Part shown: positions 1 through 11,621 of the stretch, in pieces
How the letters are laid out: each line of letters starts with the position of its first letter
Numbering within the stretch: position 1 is the stretch's first letter
Source: Trichodelitschia bisporula
Taxonomy: Eukaryota
Reading direction: 5' to 3'
Assembly: GCA_010356995.1 (NCBI GenBank)
Contig: ML996697.1
Location: forward strand, 430,153-494,152
DNA: 64,000 nucleotides
Position numbers and translations under genes: made by a program
The notes under the pieces: generated by a model
What the model saw: only the letters and a program-made list of their open reading frames with translations
Told to the model about the DNA's origin: nothing
Databases searched by the model: none

Positions 1-574
1 ATATACATGGCTTGCAAGGGCTTCAAGGGGGCTCTGGCCTGCTTGCACGACAAGGCCGCAATCTGGGTAGCTGCAGAGGGGGAATTTGACGGGGTTGGTG
101 GTAGGACGAAAGCCGCCAATTCGGGAGATATATCCCAGGCGGACGGTTGCGGGACCAGGCCGTGTACATGGCATGGTGTGAGCAGCGATGGCGTTGGCTA
201 TCTCCTGTCGATATTGTTAGTGTTGGTCTGCCAGTGCTTCGCGGCGACGGCCCGCATTTGCCAGTCTGCTCACCTTGCCTTTTCAAGCTTATATCGACAA
301 TTCCGACCCGCTGGCCTGCTCCCGCCCTCGAACACTTGGCTCAGCCTTGCCTGGCAGCGTGCCTCCGATATCGCCCGTCCACTCCAGGGCCGTTGGATAT
401 ATGAGCCCCCGCAGCAGCAAAGCCGCTCAAAGCACAGGGGGACGGGCGTGCTCAGTCGTGTTGTCGCTGCCTAACTGCGTTGGTCCTTCTGGTCGGGTCT
501 TTCACTGTCTTACTCGTTTTGCAAGAGGATCATATGAGAAGCATGCTAGTTGTAAGTGGAGATTTTGAAATTCT

Positions 575-1990
575 TTACCCATCCTTTCCAGCAGCCACGG
601 ACTCCTTTGCTTCAGGCTCCTTTGCTTTGGACTCCTTTGCTTTGGACTCCTTTGCTTTGGACTCCTTTGCTTTGGACTCCTTTGCTTTGGACTCCTGTGC
701 CTCGGACTCCTTTGTCTGAGCCACCTTTGCCTTATACACCTTAGTACAAACACACGGACGTACGAGACTCCTCGTGGGATCGACACCAAGATTCCAAAAC
801 CTTACCGCCTCCCACCCAAGAACAGACAACTCCGGGGTCGTAGCCTCTATCACAACCGCATGCATGGGCTCCAGATTCCAACTCGCGGGTATGGCTAGCC
901 GCTGCCCGGACCCAGTCGGTACCTCCCGGTTGACCAACTCAAGCTTGAGAAGGTAAGCGTTGTTGTTAAACGGCTTTATAAAGCGGTGTTTTTGGGTGTG
1001 GATGCCGAACAGTCCGGTCCGAAAGTCCTTGGGGATTGCTAGCGTGGTGTTCTGATTGCCTGAGTCGATGACTACGTCCTGTTCTGCCGTTAGCAGCCTG
1101 CTATGGAGTGGAGGTGTGACGGAGAAGCACATACGACTTCAAAAGACGTCTTCAAGATTTCATCGGTCGCCCGGACGCGGACCACGGCCCTTGGGGCAGT
1201 TTCGCGGGGCAGAACATACTGTCGGTAGAGGCTTGCCTGCGCCTCCTTACCAAACATTAGTATCCTTTCTCGAAGGCTGAAAACAGTCATTTACCTTGTA
1301 CCCCTCGAGATGGCTGATCTCGAAACGAGTGAGAGGGGATTGTACGATCATATTGCGGTCCTCATCCGAGATCACGGTCTTCTGGAGTCTCGAATCGTTG
1401 ACCTGTACGACGAAGTTCTGCCAGCCTTCGGGTCCGTCGACGCCTAGCTTGGCCTTCTCCACGGCCGGGTCATTCTTCTTCTCCACGGCCGGGTCGTCCT
1501 TCTTCTCCACGGCCAGCTCGTTCTTCTCCACGGCCGTGCCATCTTTCTCCTCCACGGCCGGGCCGTCCCTCTTTCTCTTCCTTCCCTTCATTTCCTTCCT
1601 GGTATTCTTTCCCTTCCTCTCCTTCTTTCCCTTCCTGCCGTTTTCTGGACAACGTCAGTTGAGAACTTGCTTCCATGAAATGGTGGCAGAACTCACTTTG
1701 CTCAATGACCGCTCTTATACTATTGCTTCCTGGCTTATATGTGGTCTCGCGGTCCAAAAGGTCTTTCAAGTCAATCAGGTCGGCCATATCCGGACCCGTC
1801 ACCTTTTCTCTCTTTCTTGTCACGTCAGCAACATCCCGAGCAGCACCGTCATGGATGAGTGCAGAGCATACTTAAACGCGAGCTTGAGCAAGTGCTTTAT
1901 AGTCCTTGTCATGCCGTCAAAGGATGTCGTTATAGTAGATGTTGTGGAGAGAGTTTTGGATTGCTGTTCGGACAGGAGTTGCGACTTGTC
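575..1990 (-). CDS. Orphan multi-exon hypothetical protein with Lys/Glu-rich repeats (5' end unresolved; frame stays open to ~2425)
   Basis: Four GT-AG introns with branch sites (1816-1871, 1645-1696, 1246-1294, 1079-1134) join ORFs 1820..2425, 1470..1823, 1247..1591, 1090..1290 and 575..1132 into one reading frame with matching phases. No family recognised. Confidence 0.65.
600..713. repeat. 15-bp tandem repeat (GACTCCTTTGCTTTG), ~7 copies, encoding ESKAK on the minus strand
   Basis: Directly visible periodic repeat. Confidence 0.95.
1454..1565. repeat. ~21-bp imperfect tandem repeat (TTCTCCACGGCC core), encoding PAVEKKD-like units on the minus strand
   Basis: Five copies of TCCACGGCC at ~21-nt spacing. 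Confidence 0.85.
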
Positions 1991-3404
1991 CTGAGGAAAC
2001 AACGACCATGCTCGAACCACGTTCAGCCTACGCGTCCATTCTGGAAAACATGGTTGAGCTAAATTATGACTCGCCAGGGCCCTCGTATCATCACTGCTAC
2101 GGTACCGTAGATATACGGGAACAGGACTCCGGTACTGAACCCTTCCGCCACTAAGGATGTAGTATAGATCGGTGCCATTCTGCTGAGTATGGCAGCCTGA
2201 CGCATGACGGTTATTTATGCAATACTTCTTGATAGATGTAAAAAAAAATGTCGCTCGGTTTACTTGTTGACAGTCACATCGTGCGCGGGGTGTGGGGTGG
2301 AGATGATGACGATCATCCCGTTCCCAAACCCCTAACCCATAACATGGGTCCTGGACCGGGGGTCGCAAAAGGCCGAGATTCTTCACGGATTCGTCTGCCA
2401 CAACTAGGGTTGGAATAGATATCAAACAAATGATTCTTTACACGGGCAAACAATCAAACTAACGGCATTTTTCAAAAGTATGCCACGTTTCAAACGTTGG
2501 AAAAGCGTCTTTGGCCAGTGCATGTCCGTGCTTCTATTGGATATGGCTAGCGTATTACCCGATTAGGCCTTGTTAGTTTGGTGGTTGATTGAAACGAATA
2601 CCGAACGTTTCTTTGCAAAACAAGCAAATGTGTGAAATCGGATAGATAACACACAAAGCATAACCCTAGCCACAACTCGATCGCTCAAATCCATCACTAT
2701 TCTTCTTAGCACTTGCGTAATCACTGCTCTAATATGGTGCTACAACCCGTTGGGACGGATCTACAACTATTGAGCCCAAACCGACACATCATTTAAATAA
2801 AGGCATCCACCAGCACATGCGGCCATAATAATAATAGCTTGATTACGCCCAGGCTTGTTTTAGCTAGCCGTATGGTCGGGTCTCACCACTTTAGGAGTGG
2901 GTTTGACCAATTTCTTTGGTTCTACACGGCAAAAACCCTCCCTGGAAGGGTTGAGGAAAAGCCCTGGAAATCGTCCTTTGGAGAGGGGCATGTGAGCCCC
3001 ACGCCTTTTACATGTGTTTATCGTCTTTTCTTTGCACCATTCTTGTGTGTCCCAAGCGAGAACTTGGCTGCACGCCGAGAAACTGAGAAACACTCCATAT
3101 CCCAATTAAACCCCAAAAACGCCGAACGCCTACAGCAACGCAGATCCCGTGATTCAAGGTCATGTGATCGAAAGAGAGAAGGAGAGGAAGGAAATTGAGG
3201 AATGCCAGGTGGTGTCCGGAGGCCGCCAGTGGGGGGGGCGGCTCCTTTTTGGAGGAGATCCGGTTCCTGGTAGCAAGGGTGGTGTTGAATCCGCTCTTCT
3301 TCACGTGTGGGTAGACTGGTGTTGTTGCTAGTCCTAGTATGTTGTCCTAGTATGTTGTGTTTGTGGTTGGGGAGAGCGCACCTCGGGGGGTTTGCTCGTA
3401 GAGC

Positions 3405-3655
3405 TCGGAGCGTCCCGCTCCGAGCGTGCAGCTCATGACCATATGCTTGGGGTTTGTCGCCCAAATCCGCAGGGGCACCGGAGGGAGTCAAATGTCGGGA
3501 CTCCTACTCTGAAGAGGAAGTCTCGCAGTTCAATGCATTCAGTGCGTAGTTGTGTTGCTACGGCGCTGTTGGCCTTCAGTAGTCCACCATGGAGGTTGGG
3601 GACGTATTCCTTCCAGGGGGTGTGCCAGGCTGGTGCCTGTTTGTATCTGTTTAGA
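3405..3655 (-). mobile_element. Remnant of a Tad1/LINE-like non-LTR retrotransposon ORF2 C-terminus
   Basis: Translation ATQLRTECIELRDFLFRVGVP...CPCGFGRQT, then PKHMVMSC after a 1-nt frameshift, matches the QLRT...C-x-C-x7-H-x4-C zinc-knuckle tail of fungal LINE ORF2. No RT domain is visible. Confidence 0.7.
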
Positions 3656-4075
3656 TCACAGACATATACCTGTGTCCGTGGGAAAATAGCCGCCAAATCC
3701 GGCGATTTGTAACGGCGTTTCTGGCGTCAGATTTCCCCAATGCAGGCTTCCAAGAAATCGGGCGCTTAGAGTGTTCAGTATCTCTGTTGATGGCTAACAA
3801 ATTCCAGCGGACGCATTATATGAATTAGAAAATCTAAAAAGCGGCTTACCTCACATCGAGAATCAGCCTCCGCCACTTTTTCTAGCTTCCGCCTCGTGCC
3901 CCTCTTGGGGGTCTGTCCATCGCCGCCGCCTCAATGCGTCCTCCCGCATGCCGCTTTTTCGTCTCGCCCACCCCTTCGTCTCGCCCACCCCTTCATCTCG
4001 CCCGCCCCTTCGTCTTGCCCACTTCTTCATCTCGCTCTACCCCTTGTCTCGCCTACCTTTTCGCCTGATCTCGCC

Positions 4076-4940
4076 CTAGCAGCCACGCTGCCCGAGCACA
4101 GACTGCCTACTTGGCTCGCGTGAGGCGTTGAGGCGGGCCTGTCGGGCGCGCTGGCGGATGAGGACGGGAGCGTACGAGGACTCGTTGCTGGGCCTTAAGT
4201 TGATTGGCGACCATAATATGCCGCACGGGTAGCATACGTTCGTGGTGCCAGATATTAGGAGCGCGAATTTCGTACGGCGTGCGTGGGAGGAGCCGTTTCG
4301 AGGGGGGAGGGGGAGCGTGCTGGTCAGCAGGGAGGTGGCGTCGGTGAATAGGCTGGCTTCCGAGTGGGAGCCAGTGCTATGGACAAAGCCACGGTGGATC
4401 GGGGTTAGCACGTGGGTGAGTATGGGTTCTGCGGGCGCCTAGGCGAGAAGTGGGAGTAGGGAGGTGCGAGGGTCACGAACTGGCGGAGGTTTCGGCGGTG
4501 CTGCGGGGGGGTCGGGAACTGCGGGTAGTTTTGCTTGCGACCACCAGATGAGTTGCTGCAGCTGCTGGTAGTAGACTGGTAGTAGTAGAGGTTATCCGTT
4601 AGGCCGCAGGAGGGGCTGTGCGGGAGAGGTTGCTAGAAGGGCGGCTGCGTGTATGTGCGGCCGGCGGTGGGGTAGTTGCCGGTGAAGGTTTGCACGCCGG
4701 GAAGCGACACACTGATACGTAAGGCTTTGCGCGGCGTGACTTGATGCAGGTATGCCTAGGTGATTTCCGATAGCCCATCCGACGAGGGGAGAGCTGGGCG
4801 CGGTATATTAGTAAACGAGGAGGTGGTGGAATGGGGTACTTGCGAGGCCGGGAATGCGATGGATACGGGCCACGCGGGGCCGCTTGATGGACGGGAGGAG
4901 CCGCTAGGCTAGTTCGAGGGGAAGCTAGGCGCCATCTATC
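4076..4940 (-). pseudogene. Decayed ORF or repeat remnant with RIP-like TAG stops
   Basis: Protein-like frame (…QQLQQLIWWSQAKLPAVPDPP…LLA*APAEPILTHVL…CYPCG…) interrupted by TAG codons. CTAG is frequent, consistent with CAG>TAG changes. Confidence 0.3.
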
Positions 4941-5847
4941 ACTTCAACCTTTTGCCAATGTTGGTCTTTTGACGACAAGTTATAGAGTTGTGGATGGACA
5001 ATCGTTTCTCCTCATGGGGATGAGGCCTTTCCTTCGCAGTTAGAATGGCCGCACGCTCCTGCGGGCTCAATTATTTCACGATACTGTATATTTCTCGAGT
5101 CCCGCACTGACGACACGATACAACATGACTGATACGATGTCGTCTGCTCAACTCCAATCGAGCCTTTAATCCAGCACCAGGACGCTTGATAACACCCATC
5201 TCATACATTACCCGACCACCTCTTCCACAGAATCAACTACGTATCTTGTTAAAATGAAGTGTGAACATGACTGAGTTGCTTAATTAACTAGCAGTAGGAA
5301 GTGAGCTGACTATATACCTCGCCAGGAGACGACCCCGGTCTCCTGGCTCCGCTCCAGCCTCCCCAGGTTACCGCCACAAATTCAACATATCTCCTCCATC
5401 AGAACAGTCTGTATGCTCCGTCTGTCCCTCACTGCGCTGCCAAACTCCCACCCAAAACCATGACCGCCACTCCGGCATCCTCCTGAGCCTGTTTATGCTC
5501 GAGCCCTGGTCAGTCTCGATATCCCGTACAGCACCTACGACGTGGGCATAGACGACGCAAGCAGCGTGGGCGGCGCAACATGGATGAACAACCGGGTATG
5601 TCCTCCAGCGAAGTCTTCGTCTATGAACTGATCAGTTGGTAGGAGAACTTGATGCCCCGTAGCATGTGGCTGTGTCTCCTTCAATCTCGTCCTCCTCTCC
5701 ACACCCGACAGCTCACAGCCTCATTCTTGGCATTCTGCCCCGCAGTTGAGCTCAGGTCGAAGCCCCAAAGCCTCGCCTTTAGCCTCCAGTTCCACTCCTG
5801 CATTTTCACAAGTCCGCAATTTCTTGACTAGCATCATTATTTCCAAG

Positions 5848-8800
5848 ATGCCACCTGCAAAGCGGATCCCGGCACGGGGCCGCTTCCATGCCTCTTCCAG
5901 TCTTTCACGACCCTCCTCACCTGTTGCTGGTGAGACCACCACACCTGCCCCCGCGAGCAATGTCAGCCAGACCTCAACCTTACCACTTGCCCTCCATAGA
6001 ACCACCAACAGAAAGCCAACCCGCCAACTTCGTCACGAAGACTACACAATAGGGTGGATTTGCGCGCTCCCGATTGAACTTGCAGCAGCCCAGGAGATGC
6101 TCGATGAAGTGCACCAACCTCTTCCCCAGGACGCGTCCGATCCTAATAGCTACACGCTCGGCCGCGTTGGCGAACGCAATACGGTGATCATGGTCTTGGG
6201 GCGGACGGGCACAAACTCGGCCGCCTCGGCTGTTGCTCGTATGAAGTCTACCTTCACTTCGGTTAAGCTCGGCGTCATGGTCGGCATCGGAGGCGGTGTG
6301 CCAAGCTCAAAAGTCGACATCCGGCTTGGGGACGTTGTCGTTTGCGAACCGTCCAAGGATTGTGGCGGAGTGATTCAGTACGACTTGGGCAAGACCAGGC
6401 CGGGCGGAGTTGAACGAACTGGATTCTTGAACGCGCCCCCAGAAGCCTTGCAGAGCGCGCTGGCGAGTCTGAAGGCTGACCATCTGAAAGGAAGAGTTGG
6501 TTTCCTAGATCATCTTGCAAAGCTCAGCAACCAGCCCCTTTTCGCTCGCGACAAGGCTGGGCCCGATGTCCTATACAACCCTGTATACAACCATGAGGAG
6601 GGAGAGGAAAACTGCAACAATTGTAAGGAAGAACATAGCGTGCGGCGCCAGACACGTGGCGAACATGTCATGGTTCACTACGGTACGATCGCCTCGGGGA
6701 ATCAAGTCATGCGCGATGCCAAGGAACGCGATAAAGTCAGCAAGGGACTCGGAGGCGTCCTGTGCTTCGAAATGGAAGCCGCCGGGGTGATGAACAGTTT
6801 TTCATGCCTGCCTGTACGGGGGATCTGCGACTACTCGGACTCTCACAAGAACAAGAGCTGGCAGCCATTCGCGGCGGGGACGGCGGCAGCGTACGCTAAA
6901 GAGCTTTTGTTGTTACTCCCGCCGGCCAAACTCGAGATACCAGAAGATCCACCCGCGCCGGCAATGCCCCTAAACTTGCCTAGGGCCGCAGACACACCAT
7001 CCAACCCATACGAGCGGAAAAAAGCGCCTTGCCTAACTGGTACCCGGGTCGAACTTCTCAACGAGATCTACGCCTGGGCTTACGGGGAGAACTCGCCAAA
7101 TATTTTCTGGTTGAGTGGTTTAGCTGGCACCGGCAAGTCCACCGTNNNNNNNNNNNNNNNNNNNNNNNNNNNNNNNNNNNNNNNNNNNNNNNNNNNNNNN
7201 NNNNNNNNNNNNNNNNNNNNNNNNNNNNNNNNNNNNNNNNNNNNNNNNNNNNNNNNNNNNNNNNNNNNNNNNNNNNNNNNNNNNNNNNNNNNNNNNNNNN
7301 NNNNNNNNNNNNNNNNNNNNNNNNNNNNNNNNNNNNNNNNNNNNNNNNNNNNNNNNNNNNNNNNNNNNNNNNNNNNNNNNNNNNNNNNNNNNNNNNNNNN
7401 NNNNNNNNNNNNNNNNNNNNNNNNNNNNNNNNNNNNNNNNNNNNNNNNNNNNNNNNNNNNNNNNNNNNNNNNNNNNNNNNNNNNNNNNNNNNNNNNNNNN
7501 NNNNNNNNNNNNNNNNNNNNNNNNNNNNNNNNNNNNNNNNNNNNNNNNNNNNNNNNNNNNNNNNNNNNNNNNNNNNNNNNNNNNNNNNNNNNNNNNNNNN
7601 NNNNNNNNNNNNNNNNNNNNNNNNNNNNNNNNNNNNNNNNNNNNNNNNNNNNNNNNNNNNNNNNNNNNNNNNNNNNNNNNNNNNNNNNNNNNNNNNNNNN
7701 NNNNNNNNNNNNNNNNNNNNNNNNNNNNNNNNNNNNNNNNNNNNNNNNNNNNNNNNNNNNNNNNNNNNNNNNNNNNNNNNNNNNNNNNNNNNNNNNNNNN
7801 NNNNNNNNNNNNNNNNNNNNNNNNNNNNNNNNNNNNNNNNNNNNNNNNNNNNNNNNNNNNNNNNNNNNNNNNNNNNNNNNNNNNNGCGCCAGAGAAGCAT
7901 CTCGACGAGATCTACGCGACTGTTCTTCGCCAATCCCTTACCGACTATGAAGACGATGATGCAGAGAAGCTGCGATCCACATTGAAGGAACTGCTTGGAA
8001 GCATCGTGGTCCTGTTCAATCCACTTTCCGCCCAATCCTTGAGTGGGCTTCTCAAAATCCCCCAATCTAAAGTGAATGGGGCACTGAATGATCTTCACGC
8101 AATTTTGGACATTCCAGAAGAGCCAGCCAATGCACTCCGCTTACATCATCCTTCGTTTCGTGACTTCCTTCTCGATTCGAGGAGAAGCGAAGATACGGGT
8201 TTCTGGGTAGACAAGAAGCAAGCGCATCAAACCCTTGCCACAAATTGCATGGACCTGATGTGCAAGTTCCTGAAGCAGGACCAATTGGAGATCGGCCAAC
8301 CAGGTGCACTTGCAACAGATACAGAGTCGAGTCGAGTCGACCGATGTCTTCCTCCCGAAGTTCAGTACGCATGCCTCTACTGGATCCAGCATCTTGAGAA
8401 GGGCGGCTCCCAGCTTAAAAATCACGGCCAAATCTCTCGGTCCCTGCCGAAACGCCTCCTTCATTGGGTGAAGGCGCAGGGACGGACGCAGCATTTTGAG
8501 AAGGGCGGTTCTCAGCTTAGAGATGCCGACCAAGTTCATCAGTTCCTGAAGGAACATCTCCTTCATTGGCTTGAGGCGCTTGGATGGATGCAAAAGGTTT
8601 CCGAAGGGTTCCATGCCATCGTGTCTTTGGAGTCCATGATTTCGGTAAGCTGGACGTAAAGCAGAGTGGGGATACTTGGCTGATACTTAGCTCAGGCGCA
8701 GAGGTGTCCCCGACTATCGGAGTTTGTTCATGACATGAAACGATTTGTCCTCTACAACCGGTCAGCCATCGAACTAGCTCCCTTGCAGACATATTGCAGC

Positions 8801-9831
8801 GCGCTGGTATTTTCCCCGACAGCAAGTCTTNNNNNNNNNNNNNNNNNNNNNNNNNNNNNNNNNNNNNNNNNNNNNNNNNNNNNNNNNNNNNNNNNNNNNN
8901 NNNNNNNNNNNNNNNNNNNNNNNNNNNNNNNNNNNNNNNNNNNNNNNNNNNNNNNNNNNNNNNNNNNNNNNNNNNNNNNNNNNNNNNNNNNNNNNNNNNN
9001 NNNNNNNNNNNNNNNNNNNNNNNNNNNNNNNNNNNNNNNNNNNNNNNNNNNNNNNNNNNNNNNNNNNNNNNNNNNNNNNNNNNNNNNNNNNNNNNNNNNN
9101 NNNNNNNNNNNNNNNNNNNNNNNNNNNNNNNNNNNNNNNNNNNNNNNNNNNNNNNNNNNNNNNNNNNNNNNNNNNNNNNNNNNNNNNNNNNNNNNNNNNN
9201 NNNNNNNNNNNNNNNNNNNNNNNNNNNNNNNNNNNNNNNNNNNNNNNNNNNNNNNNNNNNNNNNNNNNNNNNNNNNNNNNNNNNNNNNNNNNNNNNNNNN
9301 NNNNNNNNNNNNNNNNNNNNNNNNNNNNNNNNNNNNNNNNNNNNNNNNNNNNNNNNNNNNNNNNNNNNNNNNNNNNNNNNNNNNNNNNNNNNNNNNNNNN
9401 NNNNNNNNNNNNNNNNNNNNNNNNNNNNNNNNNNNNNNNNNNNNNNNNNNNNNNNNNNNNNNNNNNNNNNNNNNNNNNNNNNNNNNNNNNNNNNNNNNNN
9501 NNNNNNNNNNNNNNNNNNNNNNNNNNNNNNNNNNNNNNNNNNNNNNNNNNNNNNNNNNNNNNNNNNNNNNNNNNNNNNNNNNNNNNNNNNNNNNNNNNNN
9601 NNNNNNNNGGTCAGCGCCGTGGCCTTTTGGCTGGACGGCAAGCAGTCGCCAGGTTCCGGATCGGATCCTCCACGTTTCAGAATTGTCGAGGAATGGATAA
9701 CCATAGGCGCGGAAAAGCGTCTTTGGCTTCCAGCCGACTATCGCACTCCGAATGCCGTCGCCATTCACGGGGATAAGATTGGCTTGGGGTTTTTGTCTGG
9801 TCGAGTGCTGTGCATGGAATTCATTTGCTGA
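5848..9831 (+). CDS. Fungal NLR-like protein: N-terminal PNP_UDP_1 nucleoside-phosphorylase domain, NACHT NTPase, winged helix, WD40 repeats (interrupted by two N gaps)
   Basis: PNP_UDP motifs (YTIGWICALPIE, VGIGGG, DIRLGDVVV, GTIASGNQV, CFEMEAAG, RGICDYSDSHKNKSWQ). NACHT lead-in CLTGTR and P-loop WLSGLAGTGKST. After the gap: LDEIYATVL and HHPSFRDFL. Intron 8645-8695 (GTAAGC…CTGAT…CAG) leads into PLQTYCSALVFSP. WD-repeat end VSAVAFWLDGKQ and tail WLPADYR. ATG at 5848. Confidence 0.92.
7146..7885. other. N gap inside the NACHT domain
   Basis: Run of Ns; reading frames on either side are offset, so the gap length appears to be an estimate. Confidence 0.95.
8831..9608. other. N gap covering the WD40 repeat region
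   Basis: Run of Ns between the pre-WD linker and a final WD-like strand. Confidence 0.95.
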
Positions 9832-10344
9832 AGTGTCTCTTAACCTCCTCCCCACCCACCTCCGTTGCGGCCATTGTCTTTTTATACCTTTTTTTTAGAG
9901 CGAAAGTGGCAATGAAGTACGTATTGAAATGGGACAGCTTTGAGACCGAATCCTCCAATTACAAATAGTAATTACAAATAGTAGCAATGGCGGATGAAAA
10001 TATCACCATCAGTGATGTAATAGCTTCAATACATTATGGATCTGGAAGGATCTGGAATTAACCATTCCTTCACAATGCAGAGAAAGATATGATGGAATGT
10101 GGTGACTGTGTTGAAAGTTTGCCACTCCCAGCTTCTTGTGTCTAGCAAAGCGTTGACGAAGACGGGCCCAGGCCCTAGCTCAACCTGGTCCAAGCCGGAA
10201 AGGGAGACGGTCACATACAGCATGTCCTCTCATTAGCCTCCATTGATAAAGACGTGAAATTGCGTTAGGATGCTAGGCGGATAATCCTATCTTTATCATC
10301 TGAGACCCTACACAAAGAGCCCGATTCTTGAGCGCCACCTCTGC

Positions 10345-10412
10345 CCGCGCCACCATCTCCATCCGCGCCACCAACTCCACCCGCGCCACCAACTTCACCC
10401 GTGCCACCAACC
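10345..10412. repeat. 18-bp imperfect tandem repeat (CCGCGCCACCAACTCCAC), ~4 copies
   Basis: Directly visible. Confidence 0.8.
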
Positions 10413-10882
10413 CACTCGCCACCTGCTTCACTGCCTCGGCTCGTCTTCTCTTCCCTCACCACGGTACAACCCCACACTTAGCCCCCTAGCCACGCCACTG
10501 GGAGAATCGGAGTGCGGGGCAGTGTTGCCTGAGTCACGTTGAGGCAGAGCTGACACTGCGAAGACGGAATAGGGGTCCTAACAGGCGCCCCCACTTAATC
10601 GAGATATGACCCTTCCGATAGTCATGATACTTCGCTTGCAGGTCCAACCGGGCCGGTTCTGGAGAGGGGAGCCGGCGACGGGCCGAAGACGGGGTGATTT
10701 AAGGGAGGCGTTGTGGTTGGATGCGGAGGGCAGGACGAGCACATGTTACTGCCCATCTAAAATCACTTAGCGCGTCAGTAGTTTCCAATTGAAGGAAATC
10801 GGGCACTTGATTTAGCGGCCAGACGGAAGAAAGTATTGGCTAGCAAGGATGACAATGCGTAAGCTAGTCCAGATTGAGCTAA

Positions 10883-11000
10883 GGATACGGACACAGGTCA
10901 AAGAGAACACCAGCCCCCATCTACTCACTGAAGTTAAGCTTTGAACCGGTTGACTAGTAGTTGCGTGGGTGATCAGCAGCGAATCCCAACTGCTGTATGT
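10883..11000 (+). rRNA. Dispersed 5S rRNA gene, divergent variant or pseudogene
   Basis: 118 nt. The 3' half (TAGTAGTTGCGTGGGTGATCAGCAGCGAATCCCAACTGCTGTATGT) is 5S-like. Helices TCAAAG/CTTTGA, GGTTG/CAACT and GTTGC/GCAGC pair. Followed by T-runs (Pol III terminator). Confidence 0.85.
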
Positions 11001-11621
11001 TTTTGCCTTTTTTTGCTGCTCGTGGGTAGGAGTTGCGAGAAGCGAGGAGAGCTCAACGCATCATGGTTTACGTCGATCAGCACCTAGTGACATAAGTTAT
11101 CGTGGGTGATGCCGGATAAAGGATGGGCGCACGTTTCTGTTCCAATTCAGCTCCCGGGCAATCCCATAGAAATGCTACCAGAAAAGCAGATGACGGCCGC
11201 GCCGATGCCCTCAATCCGGGACCCGTGCACAAAGCTCCCGGGAGATGTATCTTGTATTTTGATATCCTACCCACCAGCCGAGTATCAACATGTCCTTGCC
11301 TAAGCCATGAGCCAAACCACGCTCACACGCTCTCTAATAATCCACTCATCTCGCAATGCTCAGTCCCTGTGCACGGCAAACTCGCCATCCGAATCCAATA
11401 CCTCTCGTATTGAATGCTCGATAAACGAGCCCGCTCCCTTCAAAGCCTCCTCAACCAGATATCCAGCTACCAACGCTCCACGCTAGGAATACACCCAGCA
11501 ATACGGTACCCACGCTGAATAACCCATTCCAGCCATAACAATCCAGTCCATGCATAACACCAGCCCATGCAGCAAAAATAACCCCTTTCTAGGGTATCAA
11601 AAAACGCCCGCAATGCCCCCC

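Noticed and set aside
1..480. Minus-strand intron-like signal and an open frame with CSYPDC…H at the window edge
   Set aside because: I could not join it to upstream exons without stops, and it is truncated by the window edge.
600..713. Short tandem repeats (also 35524-35590) as CRISPR-like arrays
   Set aside because: No spacers, no cas genes, and a eukaryotic context; these are simple minisatellites.
4940..5090. LSPQERAAILTAKE on the minus strand resembling a Tc1 transposase N-terminus
   Set aside because: Too short; no DDE domain or terminal inverted repeats visible.
5746..5847. ORF-track start of the NLR, and a possible N-terminal amyloid signalling motif
   Set aside because: 5746 is a TTG; the first ATG is 5848. 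The N-terminus is Ser/Pro/Thr-rich with no N/Q/G pseudo-repeats, and no adjacent HeLo-type effector is seen.
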